A stretch of 56,891 nucleotides of DNA from an uncultured Anaerolineae bacterium (GTDB lineage: Bacteria > Chloroflexota > Anaerolineae > VGOG01): the NCBI GenBank assembly GCA_964446635.1, contig CAYUPJ010000001.1, forward strand, positions 1 to 56,891, given 5' to 3'. Shown in pieces: positions 19,582-30,309 of this stretch; position 1 is the first letter of the stretch; the number at the start of each line of letters is the position of its first letter. The notes beneath the pieces were generated by a model that was not told the origin of the DNA, ran no database searches, and saw nothing but the letters and a program-made list of their open reading frames with translations. The position numbers and the translations under genes are program-made.

Positions 19582-20226
19582 ATGCGAGTTCCTATACACA
19601 ACATCGCGGGGGAAATCGTTGGCGAGGTAGAGTTGCCAGAAGACATCTTTGGTGTGCCCATCAGCGTGCCGGTGATGCATCAGGCTTTGGTGCGCCAGCA
19701 GGCCAATGCCCATCTTGGCACCCACAAGACCAAGACCAGGGGCGAGGTGAGCGGGGGTGGCCGCAAGCCTTGGCGTCAAAAGGGGACGGGACGGGCCCGC
19801 CAGGGCAGCACTCGGGCACCCCAGTGGCGAGGTGGCGGTGTAGTCCATGGCCCTGTCCCGCGTAGCCATCGCCAGAAGATGCCTCGCAAGATGCGGCGTT
19901 TGGCGTACAAATCAGCCCTATCCGCTAAAGCCATGGAAGGACAGATCATCATCCTGGATGATCTGCAGATGCCTGCTCCTAAGACCCGGCAAATGGCATC
20001 CATTTTGGAAGCTTTAGACGTGGACTCCAGTGCCCTGATCCTTTTACCGGAGAGGAACTTTAACGTCGAAAAGTCGGCCAATAACCTGCCCGATGTGAAA
20101 ACGTTGCGCGCCAGCTATCTGAACATACGCGACCTTCTAGGCTATCACTACCTGGTTATGCCCTTGGGGGCCTTAGAGGTCATTGAGCTAATATTGGCAG
20201 ACCGAACACTGGACACTGAATACTGA
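19582..20226 (+). CDS. rplD: 50S ribosomal protein L4
   Basis: HQALVRQQANAHLGTHKTKTRGEVSGGGRKPWRQKGTGRAR. The start is uncertain (19570 or 19582). Confidence 0.95.
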   Translation: MRVPIHNIAGEIVGEVELPEDIFGVPISVPVMHQALVRQQANAHLGTHKTKTRGEVSGGGRKPWRQKGTGRARQGSTRAPQWRGGGVVHGPVPRSHRQKMPRKMRRLAYKSALSAKAMEGQIIILDDLQMPAPKTRQMASILEALDVDSSALILLPERNFNVEKSANNLPDVKTLRASYLNIRDLLGYHYLVMPLGALEVIELILADRTLDTEY

Positions 20227-20244
20227 TCCAGGGGATGAGGTGTG

Positions 20245-20535
20245 ATGAACATCTACGAGGTTTTGGTACGCCCCATTAGTACAGAGAAGACGGGTTTCCA
20301 GTCGGATTATCTCCATCAATATACTTTTGAAGTTGATTGCCGAGCCAATAAGCTCCAGGTGAAGGAGGCGGTGGAGGAGATCTTCGATGTAGACGTTGTC
20401 TCCGTCAATGTCATGAACATGCCCGCCAAGAGAGGGCGTTTCGGCCGGCGTCACATAGTAAGGAAGCTCGCCTGGAAGAAAGCAGTGGTCACGCTAGCGC
20501 CAGGACAGCGTATCGAGTTTTTCGAGGGAGTGTAG
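20245..20535 (+). CDS. rplW: 50S ribosomal protein L23
   Basis: MNIYEVLVRPISTEK...YTFEVD. Confidence 0.95.
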   Translation: MNIYEVLVRPISTEKTGFQSDYLHQYTFEVDCRANKLQVKEAVEEIFDVDVVSVNVMNMPAKRGRFGRRHIVRKLAWKKAVVTLAPGQRIEFFEGV

Positions 20536-20571
20536 CGTTGAAAGCTCAGAGTGTTGGGAGTTGGAGAGATC

Positions 20572-21408
20572 ATGCCTGTTAAGACCTACAAACCCACCTC
20601 GCCAGGGCGGCGGGGAATGAGCGGTTATGATTTCGAAGAGATAACCAGGACCGAACCCGAGAAGGCCCTCCTAGCTCCTTTGTACAAGAGAGCTGGGCGG
20701 AACGTGCGGGGCAAGATTACCGTCCGCCACCGAGGCGGCGGCCACAAGCGAAAGTACCGTATCATTGATTTCAGACGGGATAAAGCAAGTATTCCTGCGC
20801 AGGTGGATTCTGTTGAGTACGACCCGAATCGGTCGGCGCGCATCGCTCTCTTGGTCTACACGGATGGCGAGAAGCGCTATATCATTGCTCCCCTGGGCTT
20901 GCAAGTGGGCGACATCCTCATGTCCGGGCCTGAGGCCGAGATCCGCGTGGGCAACACTTTGCCCATCGCCAACATCCCCGTAGGCACTCTCATCCACAAC
21001 ATCGAGTTGAAGCAGGGGAAGGGTGGGCAGTTGGTGCGGGCTGCCGGCTGCTCGGCCCAGCTCCTGGCCAAGGAGGGCAAATATGCCCACGTGCGTTTGC
21101 CTTCCGGGGAAGTACGCTTGGTGCACCAGGGGTGCATGGCCACCATTGGCCAGATAGGCAACACTGAGCACGGAAACATCAGGCTGGGCAAGGCTGGACG
21201 CAAGCGTTGGCTGGGCTGGCGGCCCGCGGTGCGTGGCTCAGCTATGTCGCCGGAAGCCCACCCCCATGGTGGGGGCGAAGGGCGCACACCCATCGGGATG
21301 CCCTCGCCAAAATCTCCCTGGGGTAAGCCTACCCTGGGCAAGAAGACGCGCAGACGTAAGGATACGAATAAGTGGATCGTGCGTCGGCGGAGTAAGAAGC
21401 GGCGCTAG
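20572..21408 (+). CDS. rplB: 50S ribosomal protein L2
   Basis: [15 protein letters not shown]...[11 protein letters not shown]...HPHGGGEG. Confidence 0.97.
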   Translation: MPVKTYKPTSPGRRGMSGYDFEEITRTEPEKALLAPLYKRAGRNVRGKITVRHRGGGHKRKYRIIDFRRDKASIPAQVDSVEYDPNRSARIALLVYTDGEKRYIIAPLGLQVGDILMSGPEAEIRVGNTLPIANIPVGTLIHNIELKQGKGGQLVRAAGCSAQLLAKEGKYAHVRLPSGEVRLVHQGCMATIGQIGNTEHGNIRLGKAGRKRWLGWRPAVRGSAMSPEAHPHGGGEGRTPIGMPSPKSPWGKPTLGKKTRRRKDTNKWIVRRRSKKRR

Positions 21409-21423
21409 GTAGGAGGTTGCGTC

Positions 21424-21711
21424 ATGGCGAGATCGTTGAAGAAGGGGCCGTATGTGGAGCCCAAACTGCTCGGCCGAATTGAGGACATGAACAAGCGGGG
21501 CGAAAAGCGGGTGATCAAGACGTGGTCCCGAGCTTCGACTGTCTTCCCCCAGATGGTTGGCCATACCATCGCGGTGCATGATGGCAGGCGCCATGTGCCC
21601 ATCTACATCACTGAGAACATGGTGGGGCACAAGTTGGGGGAGTTTGCTCCCACCCGGACTTATCGGGGGCATGCTTATAAAGAGAGGAAGAGCCGGGTTA
21701 TAAAGAAGTAG
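21424..21711 (+). CDS. rpsS: 30S ribosomal protein S19
   Basis: [11 protein letters not shown]...[16 protein letters not shown]. Confidence 0.97.
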   Translation: MARSLKKGPYVEPKLLGRIEDMNKRGEKRVIKTWSRASTVFPQMVGHTIAVHDGRRHVPIYITENMVGHKLGEFAPTRTYRGHAYKERKSRVIKK

Positions 21712-21722
21712 CGGTAGGGAAC

Positions 21723-22073
21723 ATGGCTTTTGAAGTTAGAGCGGTCATTAAATACGTGCGTATGTCTCCACGCAAGGTGCGCCTGGTTATAGATCAGGTG
21801 CGGGGCTTGGCGGTGGACGATGCTTTGGCCATCCTCAAGTTCACACCAAAGGCAGCGGCTAAGCCGGTGGCCAAGGTGATCAAGTCGGCTATGGCCAACG
21901 CTGAAGAGAACTTTGGGCTGTCTAGAGAGGACCTATACGTCTCTCAGATCTTCGCTGACGTTGGTCCTACTCACAAGCGGTGGAAGGCCGGAGCGCGGGG
22001 GAGAGCCAAGCCCATCTTGAAGCGTACATCTCACATCACTGTTGTCCTTGAGGAGATGGAAGCTAGAAGTTAG
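21723..22073 (+). CDS. rplV: 50S ribosomal protein L22
   Basis: [16 protein letters not shown]...ILKFTPK. Confidence 0.96.
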   Translation: MAFEVRAVIKYVRMSPRKVRLVIDQVRGLAVDDALAILKFTPKAAAKPVAKVIKSAMANAEENFGLSREDLYVSQIFADVGPTHKRWKAGARGRAKPILKRTSHITVVLEEMEARS

Positions 22074-22110
22074 ACGTTGGAGGTTAGAGGATGGAAGGGC
22101 CACTGACTAC

Positions 22111-22134
22111 CTGACCATCCGACCACCCGACCAA
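22111..22134 (+). repeat. 24-nt direct repeat, copy 1 (upstream of rpsC)
   Basis: ctgaccatccgaccacccgaccaa. Identical to 22824-22847 except for one C/T. Confidence 0.8.
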
Positions 22135-22150
22135 CTGAAGGGAGGATCTA

Positions 22151-22804
22151 TTGGGGCGAAAAGTACATCCTCTAGGTTTCAGGTTAGGGATCATTAAGGA
22201 TTGGCAAGCGCGATGGTTTGCTGACGGAGAGGAGTATGCCAATCTCTTGCAGGAGGACCTGAACATCCGCGAGTTGATACGTGATCAGATGGGACAGGCT
22301 GGCATCTCCAGAATTGAGATCGAGCGTTTCCCCAGACAGGTCAGCATCATCATTTGGACGGCCAAGCCGGGCATCATAATCGGGCGCAAAGGGGCGAACG
22401 TCAGAGACTTGCGTCAGGATTTGGAGAAGTTATCAGATAAAAAGGTTCGCATTGACGTCCAGGAGATCGAGCGACCTGAATTAGATGCCTATCTTGTGGC
22501 CGAGAACATAGCTGCTCAGTTGGAGCGCCGGATTGCCCACAGCCGCGCGATGAAACGAGCGGCAACGCAGGCTATGCGCTTGGGTGCTGAGGGAGTCAAA
22601 ATCATTTGTAGTGGCCGCTTGTCTGGCGCTGAGATGGCCCGCCGGGAGGGGGTGATGGAGGGGCGGGTGCCCCGCAGTACCATCCGAGCCGATATTGATT
22701 ATGGCTTTGCTGAAGCCTTGACCACTTATGGCCGCATCGGCATCAAGGTGTGGATTTACAAGGGCGAAATCTTGCCCGAGGCGGCGGAAGCAGCGGCTAT
22801 ATGA
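22151..22804 (+). CDS. rpsC: 30S ribosomal protein S3
   Basis: [23 protein letters not shown], with a TTG start. Confidence 0.96.
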   Translation: MGRKVHPLGFRLGIIKDWQARWFADGEEYANLLQEDLNIRELIRDQMGQAGISRIEIERFPRQVSIIIWTAKPGIIIGRKGANVRDLRQDLEKLSDKKVRIDVQEIERPELDAYLVAENIAAQLERRIAHSRAMKRAATQAMRLGAEGVKIICSGRLSGAEMARREGVMEGRVPRSTIRADIDYGFAEALTTYGRIGIKVWIYKGEILPEAAEAAAI

Positions 22805-22823
22805 TTTCGGATTGTGGATTGAT

Positions 22824-22847
22824 CTGACCATCCGACCACCTGACCAA
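22824..22847 (+). repeat. 24-nt direct repeat, copy 2 (upstream of rplP)
   Basis: ctgaccatccgaccacctgaccaa. Confidence 0.8.
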
Positions 22848-22862
22848 GTGGAGTGAATCGTC

Positions 22863-23276
22863 ATGTTGATGCCTAAGAGGGTTAAGTATCGCAAACAGAT
22901 GCGGGGTCGTATGAAAGGCCGGGCTTCCCGCGGGGCTACGGTGGCCTTTGGCGATTATGGTCTTCAGGCTTTAGAGCCCTGCTGGATGACCAGTCGTCAG
23001 ATCGAGGCTGCCAGAAGGGCTATCGTCCGCCATGTCAGGCGTCGAGCGAAGGTGTGGATAAGGGTCTTTCCCGATAAGCCTGTCACTAAGAGGCCGGCCG
23101 AGACGCGAATGGGCAAGGGCGGGGGCACCTTAGATCATTGGGTGGCAGTGGTCAAGCCAGGCCGCATCCTCTTCGAGATGGCTGGCGTTAGTGAAGATGT
23201 AGCTAAGGAAGCCATGCGCTTGGCTTCCCGTAAGCTGCCGATAAAGACCCAGTTTGTGAAGCGGCTGGAGATATAG
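22863..23276 (+). CDS. rplP: 50S ribosomal protein L16
   Basis: [19 protein letters not shown]. Confidence 0.97.
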   Translation: MLMPKRVKYRKQMRGRMKGRASRGATVAFGDYGLQALEPCWMTSRQIEAARRAIVRHVRRRAKVWIRVFPDKPVTKRPAETRMGKGGGTLDHWVAVVKPGRILFEMAGVSEDVAKEAMRLASRKLPIKTQFVKRLEI

Positions 23277-23284
23277 GGGGTCTG

Positions 23285-23497
23285 ATGCAAGCACGTGAGA
23301 TCCGAGCTATGGCTGCGGAGGAGATCCAGCGTAAGCTGGAAGGAGCTCAGGAGGAGTTTTTTAACCTGCGGTTCCAATGGTCAGCCAGGCAAATAAAGGA
23401 CACCAACCGGCTTACCCAGGTGAAGAGGGATATCGCTCGCTTGAAGACCATCTTGCGCGAAAAGGAGCTGGCCCAACTGTGGGAGGGAGAGGATTAG
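23285..23497 (+). CDS. rpmC: 50S ribosomal protein L29
   Basis: [27 protein letters not shown]. Confidence 0.93.
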   Translation: MQAREIRAMAAEEIQRKLEGAQEEFFNLRFQWSARQIKDTNRLTQVKRDIARLKTILREKELAQLWEGED

Positions 23498-23499
23498 CT

Positions 23500-23781
23500 A
23501 TGACGGCGGGGCGTAAGAGGTTGATTGGTCGCGTGACCAGTGATAAGATGGACAAGACTGTCGTGGTGGAAGTAGAGAGGCTGCAGCGCCATCGTTTCTA
23601 CCGCAAGGTGGTGAAGAGAACTGAGAAGCATATGGCTCACGATGAGGAGAATGCATGTCGCATCGGCGACTTGGTGCGTATCGTCGAGTCGAGACCCTTG
23701 AGCCGCAGGAAGCGTTGGGTCGTTGAGGAAATAATGGGAGCGGAGGACTGGGAGCTGGTCGAGGATTTCGACAACCAGTAA
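23500..23781 (+). CDS. rpsQ: 30S ribosomal protein S17
   Basis: ATG 23500 gives [28 protein letters not shown]. The track ORF from 23377 overlaps rpmC. Has a short acidic C-terminal extension. Confidence 0.93.
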   Translation: MTAGRKRLIGRVTSDKMDKTVVVEVERLQRHRFYRKVVKRTEKHMAHDEENACRIGDLVRIVESRPLSRRKRWVVEEIMGAEDWELVEDFDNQ

Positions 23782-23809
23782 CCGGCATCCTAATTGGGGA
23801 GAATGGGGG

Positions 23810-24178
23810 ATGATTCAGCAGGAGTCAAGACTGAGGGTAGCCGACAATACCGGCGCCAGGGAGATCCAATGTATCAGGGTATTGGGTGGCTCAGCGCGTC
23901 GCTATGGGGGGGTAGGCGATGTTATCGTTGCCTCGGTGAAGCAGGCTACCCCCACAAGCTCGGTCAAGAAGGGGGAGGTGGTGCGGGCGGTCATCGTTCG
24001 CATAGCCAAGGAGTACGGCCGCCCCGATGGTTCTTATATCCGATTTGACGAAAACGCGGCCGTGATCTTGGATGATCATCAGAACCCCAAGGGGACACGT
24101 ATCTTCGGTCCCGTCGGTAGGGAGCTCCGCGATAAAGGATTCATGAAGATTGTCTCCCTGGCCCCAGAGGTGTTATAA
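23810..24178 (+). CDS. rplN: 50S ribosomal protein L14
   Basis: [27 protein letters not shown]. Confidence 0.97.
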   Translation: MIQQESRLRVADNTGAREIQCIRVLGGSARRYGGVGDVIVASVKQATPTSSVKKGEVVRAVIVRIAKEYGRPDGSYIRFDENAAVILDDHQNPKGTRIFGPVGRELRDKGFMKIVSLAPEVL

Positions 24179-24192
24179 CTAGGAGATCGGTG

Positions 24193-24564
24193 ATGAGAGA
24201 GATAAGAAAGGGTGACAAGGTGGAGGTCATTCGCGGCGAGGACCGTGGGAAGAGGGGGACTGTTCACCGAATCTTACCTGAGAAGGCCGAGGAAGTCAAG
24301 AAAGGTAAGAAGAATAAAGAGAAAAAGCATGGTTGGGTGGTTGTTTCGGGCATCAATCTGGTCAAGAAGCACCAACGGCCCATGCCAACCGGAGGCCGCA
24401 TGCAGGCCCAAGCGGGCATTATCGAGTTCGAGGCTCCGATTCATCTATGCAATGTCATGCTGGTCTGTCCCCAGTGTGACCAGCGAATCAGGGTGGCTTT
24501 CCAGTTTCTAGAGGATGGCGGCAAGGTGCGTGTTTGCAAGAAATGTGACGCGATCCTAGATTAG
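24193..24564 (+). CDS. rplX: 50S ribosomal protein L24 (variant with CxxC...CxxC)
   Basis: IRKGDKVEVIRGEDRGKRGTV...GINLVKKHQRP. The C-terminus has CPQC and CKKC. Confidence 0.93.
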   Translation: MREIRKGDKVEVIRGEDRGKRGTVHRILPEKAEEVKKGKKNKEKKHGWVVVSGINLVKKHQRPMPTGGRMQAQAGIIEFEAPIHLCNVMLVCPQCDQRIRVAFQFLEDGGKVRVCKKCDAILD

Positions 24565-24582
24565 TTCTTTAGGGAGTTTATT

Positions 24583-25125
24583 GTGCCAAGGCTAAGAGAT
24601 AGTTATCGTGAGGAAATTATTCCTGCTTTAATAAAGGAGTTTGGCTATCGCAACGTGATGGAGGTGCCGCGCCTGCAGAAGATCGTAGTGAACGTGGGCG
24701 TAGGCGAGGCTCTGCAGGATGCCAAAGCTCTGGATCACGCTGTCCAGGACATCGCCACCATCACCGGCCAGCGGCCCATCGTGACCAGGGCCAAGAAGTC
24801 TATTGCCGGCTTCAAACTGCGCGAGGGTATGGCTATCGGTGTTAAGGTTACCCTGCGGGGGAACCGGATGTACGATTTCTTAGATCGGCTATGTAATGTT
24901 GCCCTTCCTCGCCGACGTGACTTCCGTGGCGTCTCTCTCGACGCCTTCGATGGCCGAGGCAACTATACCTTGGGCCTTCCGGAGCAGCTTGTGTGGCCGG
25001 AGATCGATTACGATTCCATTGACAAAGTGCGGGGCATGGAGATCAGCATCGTCACCACAGCCAAGACCGATGAAGAGGGGCTGCGCTTGTTGGAGCTTTT
25101 AGGGGTGCCCTTTGCAAAAAGATGA
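24583..25125 (+). CDS. rplE: 50S ribosomal protein L5
   Basis: [42 protein letters not shown]. Confidence 0.96.
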   Translation: MPRLRDSYREEIIPALIKEFGYRNVMEVPRLQKIVVNVGVGEALQDAKALDHAVQDIATITGQRPIVTRAKKSIAGFKLREGMAIGVKVTLRGNRMYDFLDRLCNVALPRRRDFRGVSLDAFDGRGNYTLGLPEQLVWPEIDYDSIDKVRGMEISIVTTAKTDEEGLRLLELLGVPFAKR

Positions 25126-25135
25126 GCCAGCTTAA

Positions 25136-25169
25136 GGTGCAACGCACTTTTCGAAGTGCACTGCACCTG
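25136..25169 (+). repeat. 34-nt hairpin-type element, copy A (rplE-rpsN spacer)
   Basis: ggtgcaacgcacttttcgaagtgcactgcacctg. This is the exact reverse complement of 25821-25854. Confidence 0.85.
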
Positions 25170-25195
25170 CGAGACTTTGCCAATTAGGAGGGACT

Positions 25196-25378
25196 GTGGC
25201 TAAGAAGTGCATGATGATACGGGAGGAGCGTAGAAAGTACAAAGTACGGGTGCGCAATCGCTGTCAACGGTGTGGCCGTCCCCGGGGTTATATCCGTCGT
25301 TTTAAGCTCTGCCGTATCTGTTTCCGCCAGCTTGCTCTGGAAGGCAAGATCCCAGGCGTAGTCAAAGCTAGTTGGTGA
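25196..25378 (+). CDS. rpsN: 30S ribosomal protein S14 type Z (zinc form)
   Basis: 61 aa with CQRCGRP...CRIC and a C-terminal KASW. Confidence 0.95.
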   Translation: MAKKCMMIREERRKYKVRVRNRCQRCGRPRGYIRRFKLCRICFRQLALEGKIPGVVKASW

Positions 25379-25401
25379 AATCAGGAGTAGGAGTCCCAGT
25401 A

Positions 25402-25809
25402 ATGACCATGACTGATCCCATTGCCGACATATTGACCCGTATCAGGAATGCCATCATGGCTGGCCATAGCTATGTGGTTGTTCCCGGCTCAAAAATAAAG
25501 TTAGCTATTGTCAGAATCTTGAAAGAGGAAGGCTTCATCGAGAACTACGATGTCACCAAGGATCGTCCTCAGCCGATGATCAGGATTTGGTTGAAATTCG
25601 CCGGAGATAGAAAAGACAGGCGGTGTGCGATCACAGGCCTGCAGCGGGTCAGCAAACCGGGGCGTCGGGTCTATACCGGCAAGAAGGACATCCCTTGGGT
25701 GCTCAGTGGCATGGGCATCGCTGTCCTGTCCACATCCAGGGGGCTTATGACGGGCAAGGAAGCTCGCCGTCTCGGTATCGGTGGCGAACTGTTGTGCTAC
25801 GTTTGGTAG
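25402..25809 (+). CDS. rpsH: 30S ribosomal protein S8
   Basis: MTMTDPIADILTRIRNA. Confidence 0.96.
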   Translation: MTMTDPIADILTRIRNAIMAGHSYVVVPGSKIKLAIVRILKEEGFIENYDVTKDRPQPMIRIWLKFAGDRKDRRCAITGLQRVSKPGRRVYTGKKDIPWVLSGMGIAVLSTSRGLMTGKEARRLGIGGELLCYVW

Positions 25810-25820
25810 TTTCTAGTAGC

Positions 25821-25854
25821 CAGGTGCAGTGCACTTCGAAAAGTGCGTTGCACC
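25821..25854 (+). repeat. 34-nt hairpin-type element, copy B (rpsH-rplF spacer), inverted
   Basis: caggtgcagtgcacttcgaaaagtgcgttgcacc. Confidence 0.85.
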
Positions 25855-25871
25855 TCAAGGGAGGTATTTCA

Positions 25872-26423
25872 GTGTCACGCATAGGTCGTATGCCGATTAC
25901 CGTGCCCAAAGGTGTGCAGGTGGATATAAAAGACAGTCACGTAACAGTGAAGGGGCCCAAAGGCGAATTGCGCCGCTCCTTCAGTCCAGACATGAAGATA
26001 GCCATCCAAGACGGTCAAATCGTGGTGACTCGCCCTACGGACAACCGGCAGCATCGGGCTCTGCATGGGTTGACGCGAGCATTGCTGGCTAATATGGTGA
26101 TCGGGGTGACCAAGGGGTATCGCAAGGACCTGGAGATCCAAGGAATTGGTTATCGTGCTGAGATGCGAGGCAATAGCCTTGTCTTGTACGTGGGCTTTTC
26201 ACATCCGGTAGAGATGGCGCCGCCTTCGGGTATAACCTTTGACATTGAGGGGCGCGGCAAGAACATCGCCGTCGAGGGGATTGACAAAGAGTTGGTCGGC
26301 GAGATAGCGGCTAGGGTCAGGCGAGTTCGCCTCCCTGAACCCTACAAAGGCAAGGGCATCCGCTATGTGGGCGAGCACGTGCGCCAAAAAGCTGGCAAAG
26401 CGGGCAAGGTAGGAGCAAAGTAG
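25872..26423 (+). CDS. rplF: 50S ribosomal protein L6
   Basis: GTG 25872 gives (M)[18 protein letters not shown]. The track ORF from 25623 overlaps rpsH. Confidence 0.95.
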   Translation: MSRIGRMPITVPKGVQVDIKDSHVTVKGPKGELRRSFSPDMKIAIQDGQIVVTRPTDNRQHRALHGLTRALLANMVIGVTKGYRKDLEIQGIGYRAEMRGNSLVLYVGFSHPVEMAPPSGITFDIEGRGKNIAVEGIDKELVGEIAARVRRVRLPEPYKGKGIRYVGEHVRQKAGKAGKVGAK

Positions 26424-26448
26424 AATTCTTGGAAGGGACGAAGTGACG

Positions 26449-26811
26449 ATGAGTGAGCGAGCTGAATTGGCGCGCCAGCGGCGGCACCGGCGGGTGCGGA
26501 AGAAAGCAGTGGGGACCGCTGAGCGCCCCCGTTTGAATGTTTTCAGAAGCCTGAAGCACATCTATGCCCAAGTGATTGACGATGACAAGGGACACACCTT
26601 GGTGACTGCTTCCACCCTTGACCCTGAGCTGCGCGGAAAACTGACTGGCCTTACCAAGGCCGAGCAAGCCAAGCTGGTGGGAGGGCTTTTAGCTGAGCGA
26701 GCCCTGGCGCAGGGCGTGAAGCGAGTGGTCTTCGATAGAGACGGCTATAAGTATCATGGGCGGGTGAAGGCCCTAGCCGAGGGTTCGCGCGAGGCCGGAC
26801 TGGAGTTTTAG
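26449..26811 (+). CDS. rplR: 50S ribosomal protein L18
   Basis: [35 protein letters not shown]. Confidence 0.95.
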   Translation: MSERAELARQRRHRRVRKKAVGTAERPRLNVFRSLKHIYAQVIDDDKGHTLVTASTLDPELRGKLTGLTKAEQAKLVGGLLAERALAQGVKRVVFDRDGYKYHGRVKALAEGSREAGLEF

Positions 26812-26822
26812 AAGGAGGATGG

Positions 26823-27353
26823 ATGGCGAGGGAAGTTTTCGAGGAGAGGGAAGAGCTAGATGAGCGGGTGGTGCATATCGCACGCACAGCCAAGGTGATC
26901 AAGGGCGGGCGGCGTTTTGCCTTTCGCATCGTTGTTGTGGTGGGCGATAACCAGGGCAATGTGGGTGTCGGGGTAGGCAAGGCGCGCAATGTGCCCGATG
27001 CGATCCGCAAGGGAGCAGAGCAAGCCAAGAAGAACATGAGGAAGATTAATTTGGTTGGCACGACGATCCCTCATGAGGTGATAGCTCAGTTCGGCGCGGC
27101 CAAAGTCCTTTTGAAGCCAGCATCGCCGGGCACGGGGGTCATCGCTGGCAGTGGAGTGCGGGCCGTGGTGGAGGCAGCGGGTATCCGCGACATATTGACC
27201 AAGTCTATGGGCAGCTCTAACATTCTCAACGTGGTCAGGGCTACCATGAAGGGGCTTGCGCAATTAAAAGATGTCGCAGAAGAGGCCAGACTCCGGGGCA
27301 AGCCTGTAGCAGACTTGACTCCCTTTTGGGCGAAGGAGCGGATTAGTGGCTAA
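26823..27353 (+). CDS. rpsE: 30S ribosomal protein S5
   Basis: [27 protein letters not shown]. Confidence 0.96.
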   Translation: MAREVFEEREELDERVVHIARTAKVIKGGRRFAFRIVVVVGDNQGNVGVGVGKARNVPDAIRKGAEQAKKNMRKINLVGTTIPHEVIAQFGAAKVLLKPASPGTGVIAGSGVRAVVEAAGIRDILTKSMGSSNILNVVRATMKGLAQLKDVAEEARLRGKPVADLTPFWAKERISG

Positions 27354-27588
27354 CAAGCAGACCGAGAAGAAAATCGAAGGCCGAAAGAAACAGAAAGAAG
27401 CTAAGTTGCGCATCAAGTGGGTGAAGAGCAGTATTGGCTATTCCAAGCGGCAGAAGGTGACCATTAAGTCCCTAGGTCTCAGGCGGCTGGGTGACACGGT
27501 GGAGTGGAAAGACGACCCGGTGACCAGGGGGATGGTTAACAGGGTGAGACACTTGGTCGAGATTGAAGAATTCGTTGCTGGAAGCTAG
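27346..27588 (+). CDS. rpmD: 50S ribosomal protein L30 (with N-terminal Lys-rich extension)
   Basis: [36 protein letters not shown] start overlaps the rpsE end. Confidence 0.9.
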   Translation: MANKQTEKKIEGRKKQKEAKLRIKWVKSSIGYSKRQKVTIKSLGLRRLGDTVEWKDDPVTRGMVNRVRHLVEIEEFVAGS

Positions 27589-27634
27589 CTACAGACCAAT
27601 GACCTAATCTACCAATTTACCAACGTTGGGGGCC

Positions 27635-28114
27635 ATGATGACGTTACACGAATTACGGCCCGCTGAGGGGGCCAAGAAGAAGAGGAAACGAAAGGGGCGC
27701 GGGATTGCTGCTGGGCAGGGCAAAACCGCTGGCCGGGGTACCAAGGGGCAGAATGCCCGCTCTGGTGGGGGTGTGCGTCCCTACTTCGAGGGCGGCCAGT
27801 TGCCTCTAGTACGGCGCCTACCCCACAAGCGGGGCTTCACCAACATCTTCAAGGTACACTACACTCCGGTCAACCTCGATCGGTTGGATGTTTTCGCTGC
27901 GGGGGAAGAGGTTAGCCCAGTTACTTTGGCTGAGGCAGGCATCATCAAGTCGCCCTGCGAGCCAGTGGCTATTCTGGGGCGCGGTGAGCTGGATCGGCCT
28001 CTTACCGTCAAGGCCCATCGCTTCTCGGCCAGCGCCCAGGAGAAGATCCTGGATGCCGGCGGCACGGTGGAAGTGATGTCGCGAGGAGGACTAAATGATA
28101 CAAGCTGCCCGTAA
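27635..28114 (+). CDS. rplO: 50S ribosomal protein L15
   Basis: [33 protein letters not shown]. The start is ambiguous (27626, 27635 or 27638). Confidence 0.94.
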   Translation: MMTLHELRPAEGAKKKRKRKGRGIAAGQGKTAGRGTKGQNARSGGGVRPYFEGGQLPLVRRLPHKRGFTNIFKVHYTPVNLDRLDVFAAGEEVSPVTLAEAGIIKSPCEPVAILGRGELDRPLTVKAHRFSASAQEKILDAGGTVEVMSRGGLNDTSCP

Positions 28115-29399
28115 TGCTTTCAAGCTGCCTGACCTGAGGCGCAGGATCTTGATCACTTTTCTCATCTTGGTTGTTTACCGCTTGGCTGCCCACATTCCTG
28201 TACCCAATGTGGATCCGGTGGCTCTGCGCCAGGTCTTTGAAGCCAACCAACTCCTGGGTCTGCTGGATATGTTCTCTGGCGGCGCCATGTCCGACTTTTC
28301 GGTTATGGCTATGGGGGTCTACCCTTACATCACGGCTTCCATTGTTATGCAGCTCTTGATGCCCCTCATCCCCAGATTGGAGGAGATATTCAAAGAGGGT
28401 GAGGCTGGGCGCAACAAGATGGAGCAATACACCTATTACTTGGCCATCCCCTTATCTGCCCTGTCGGCCTATGGCCAGGCCCAGTTGTTGCAGAGCCGAG
28501 GCGTCATCACCAACTTCGGCCTTTCTGGGGCGACACTCTTGCCTACCATCGCTACTGTCTTAACCCTGACGGCAGGTACGATGTTTGCCATCTGGCTAGG
28601 GGAGCTGATCACAGAGCAGGGCATAGGCAACGGCCTTTCTATCATCATTTTTGGCGGCATTGTGTCTGATATACCACAACGGGTGGGTGCCTTACTGGTA
28701 GGTGACGTGCGAGGGTTGATAGCCTTTGTTATTATCATGGCTATTACAGTGGCGGTTATCGTCATTGTGCAGGAGGGACAACGACGCATCCCGGTTCAGT
28801 ACGGCAAGCGGGTGCTGGCCATGCGGGGCAGCCGATTGCGCATTGCCGGCGGTCAGAGCACCCACATTCCTTTGCGGGTCAATGCGGCGGGCATGATCCC
28901 GCTCATTTTTGCCCAGTCCTTTTTGATGTTCCCTGGGGTCATTGCTTCCTACTTCGTCTCGGTGCAAAATCAAACGGTGGCCAATATAGCCAACGCCATA
29001 TACCAGATTTTCAACGGCCGGAGCCATTTCTACTACATCATGTACTTCCTGATGGTCATTGGCTTCACCTATTTCTACACCGATGTAGTCTTCCAGCAGC
29101 AGAACCTTCCTGAGAACCTGCAGCGTCAGGGGGGGTTCATCCCCGGCATCCGCCCTGGCAAGCGTACCGCCGATTACTTAAACGGAGTTATGCGGCGCAT
29201 TACCTTGGTGGGGGCTATCTTCTTGGGCATGGTAGCCGTTCTGCCCTGGATAGTTGGCGTGCTCGGGGTCGTGCAGAACCCTGGGATGATGCTCATCACC
29301 AGTGCTGGCTTGCTCATCGTGGTTGGCGTGGTGTTGGATACCATGAAGCAAATGGAGGCTCAGCTTTTGATGCGCCACTACGAGGGCTTCATCAAGTAA
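28095..29399 (+). CDS. secY: Preprotein translocase subunit SecY
   Basis: [24 protein letters not shown]...[14 protein letters not shown]. Confidence 0.96.
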   Translation: MIQAARNAFKLPDLRRRILITFLILVVYRLAAHIPVPNVDPVALRQVFEANQLLGLLDMFSGGAMSDFSVMAMGVYPYITASIVMQLLMPLIPRLEEIFKEGEAGRNKMEQYTYYLAIPLSALSAYGQAQLLQSRGVITNFGLSGATLLPTIATVLTLTAGTMFAIWLGELITEQGIGNGLSIIIFGGIVSDIPQRVGALLVGDVRGLIAFVIIMAITVAVIVIVQEGQRRIPVQYGKRVLAMRGSRLRIAGGQSTHIPLRVNAAGMIPLIFAQSFLMFPGVIASYFVSVQNQTVANIANAIYQIFNGRSHFYYIMYFLMVIGFTYFYTDVVFQQQNLPENLQRQGGFIPGIRPGKRTADYLNGVMRRITLVGAIFLGMVAVLPWIVGVLGVVQNPGMMLITSAGLLIVVGVVLDTMKQMEAQLLMRHYEGFIK

Positions 29400-29405
29400 T
29401 GTTCT

Positions 29406-30155
29406 ATGATAATCCTGAAATCGCCCTCGGAGCTGGCACGCATGCGCCAGGCCGGTCGCATCGTGGCCGAGGTGCTGGCTGTCTTGCAGCAGGAGGTCAG
29501 GCCTGGCATCAACACCGCCGAGCTAGACGAGTTGGCCTGTCAGATCATTATCAAGCACAAGGCAACTCCTTCCTTCAAAGGCTATCGTGGCTTCCCGGCC
29601 TCTTTGTGTGTCTCGATCAACGAAGAGGTGGTGCATGGCATCCCCAACAAGAAGCGGTATCTAAAGGAGGGCGATATCGTCAGCTTCGACGTGGGGGCCA
29701 TTTATCAGGGGTATCACGGCGATGCGGCCGTGACTGTGGGGGTGGGGGAGATCACCGAGGCGTCAAGGAAACTGTTAACGGTGGTGGTTGGAGCCCTGGC
29801 GGCGGGCATTGCACAGTCACGGGCCGGGAAACGCACTGGTGACATATCGTGGGCCATTCAGAATTATGCCGAGAGCAGGGGCTATTCGGTAGTGCGGGAG
29901 TACACTGGCCACGGTATCGGCCTTCAGATGCATGAGGACCCGCAAATACCCAATTACGGCCAGCCTAAACGGGGCGTTCTGTTGAAGCCGGGCATGACTT
30001 TCGCGCTGGAACCCATGGTCAGCGAGGGGGATTGGCGCACGCAAGTCCTGGCCGATAATTGGACGGTGGTTACCAAAGATAGGAAGCTCTCGGCTCACTT
30101 TGAGCACACCATAGCCGTCACCGAAGGTGAGCCTGAGATACTGACTCGCTTATAG
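29406..30155 (+). CDS. map: Type I methionine aminopeptidase
   Basis: [19 protein letters not shown]...VHGIP...[16 protein letters not shown]. Confidence 0.95.
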   Translation: MIILKSPSELARMRQAGRIVAEVLAVLQQEVRPGINTAELDELACQIIIKHKATPSFKGYRGFPASLCVSINEEVVHGIPNKKRYLKEGDIVSFDVGAIYQGYHGDAAVTVGVGEITEASRKLLTVVVGALAAGIAQSRAGKRTGDISWAIQNYAESRGYSVVREYTGHGIGLQMHEDPQIPNYGQPKRGVLLKPGMTFALEPMVSEGDWRTQVLADNWTVVTKDRKLSAHFEHTIAVTEGEPEILTRL

Positions 30156-30177
30156 GTCTAGATTGGAGGTTTTAACG

Positions 30178-30291
30178 GTGAGAGTTTCAGCATCGGTTAA
30201 ACGGCGCTGTTCTAGGTGCAAAATCGTCAAACGCAGGGGCGTAGTTCGCGTGATCTGCGAGAATCCTAAGCACAAGCAGCGGCAAGGATAG
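30178..30291 (+). CDS. rpmJ: 50S ribosomal protein L36
   Basis: Not in the ORF track (37 aa). Hand translation from GTG 30178 gives (M)[36 protein letters not shown], then a stop. Confidence 0.93.
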   Translation: MRVSASVKRRCSRCKIVKRRGVVRVICENPKHKQRQG

Positions 30292-30309
30292 TGTAGAGGG
30301 AGGTAAAAG

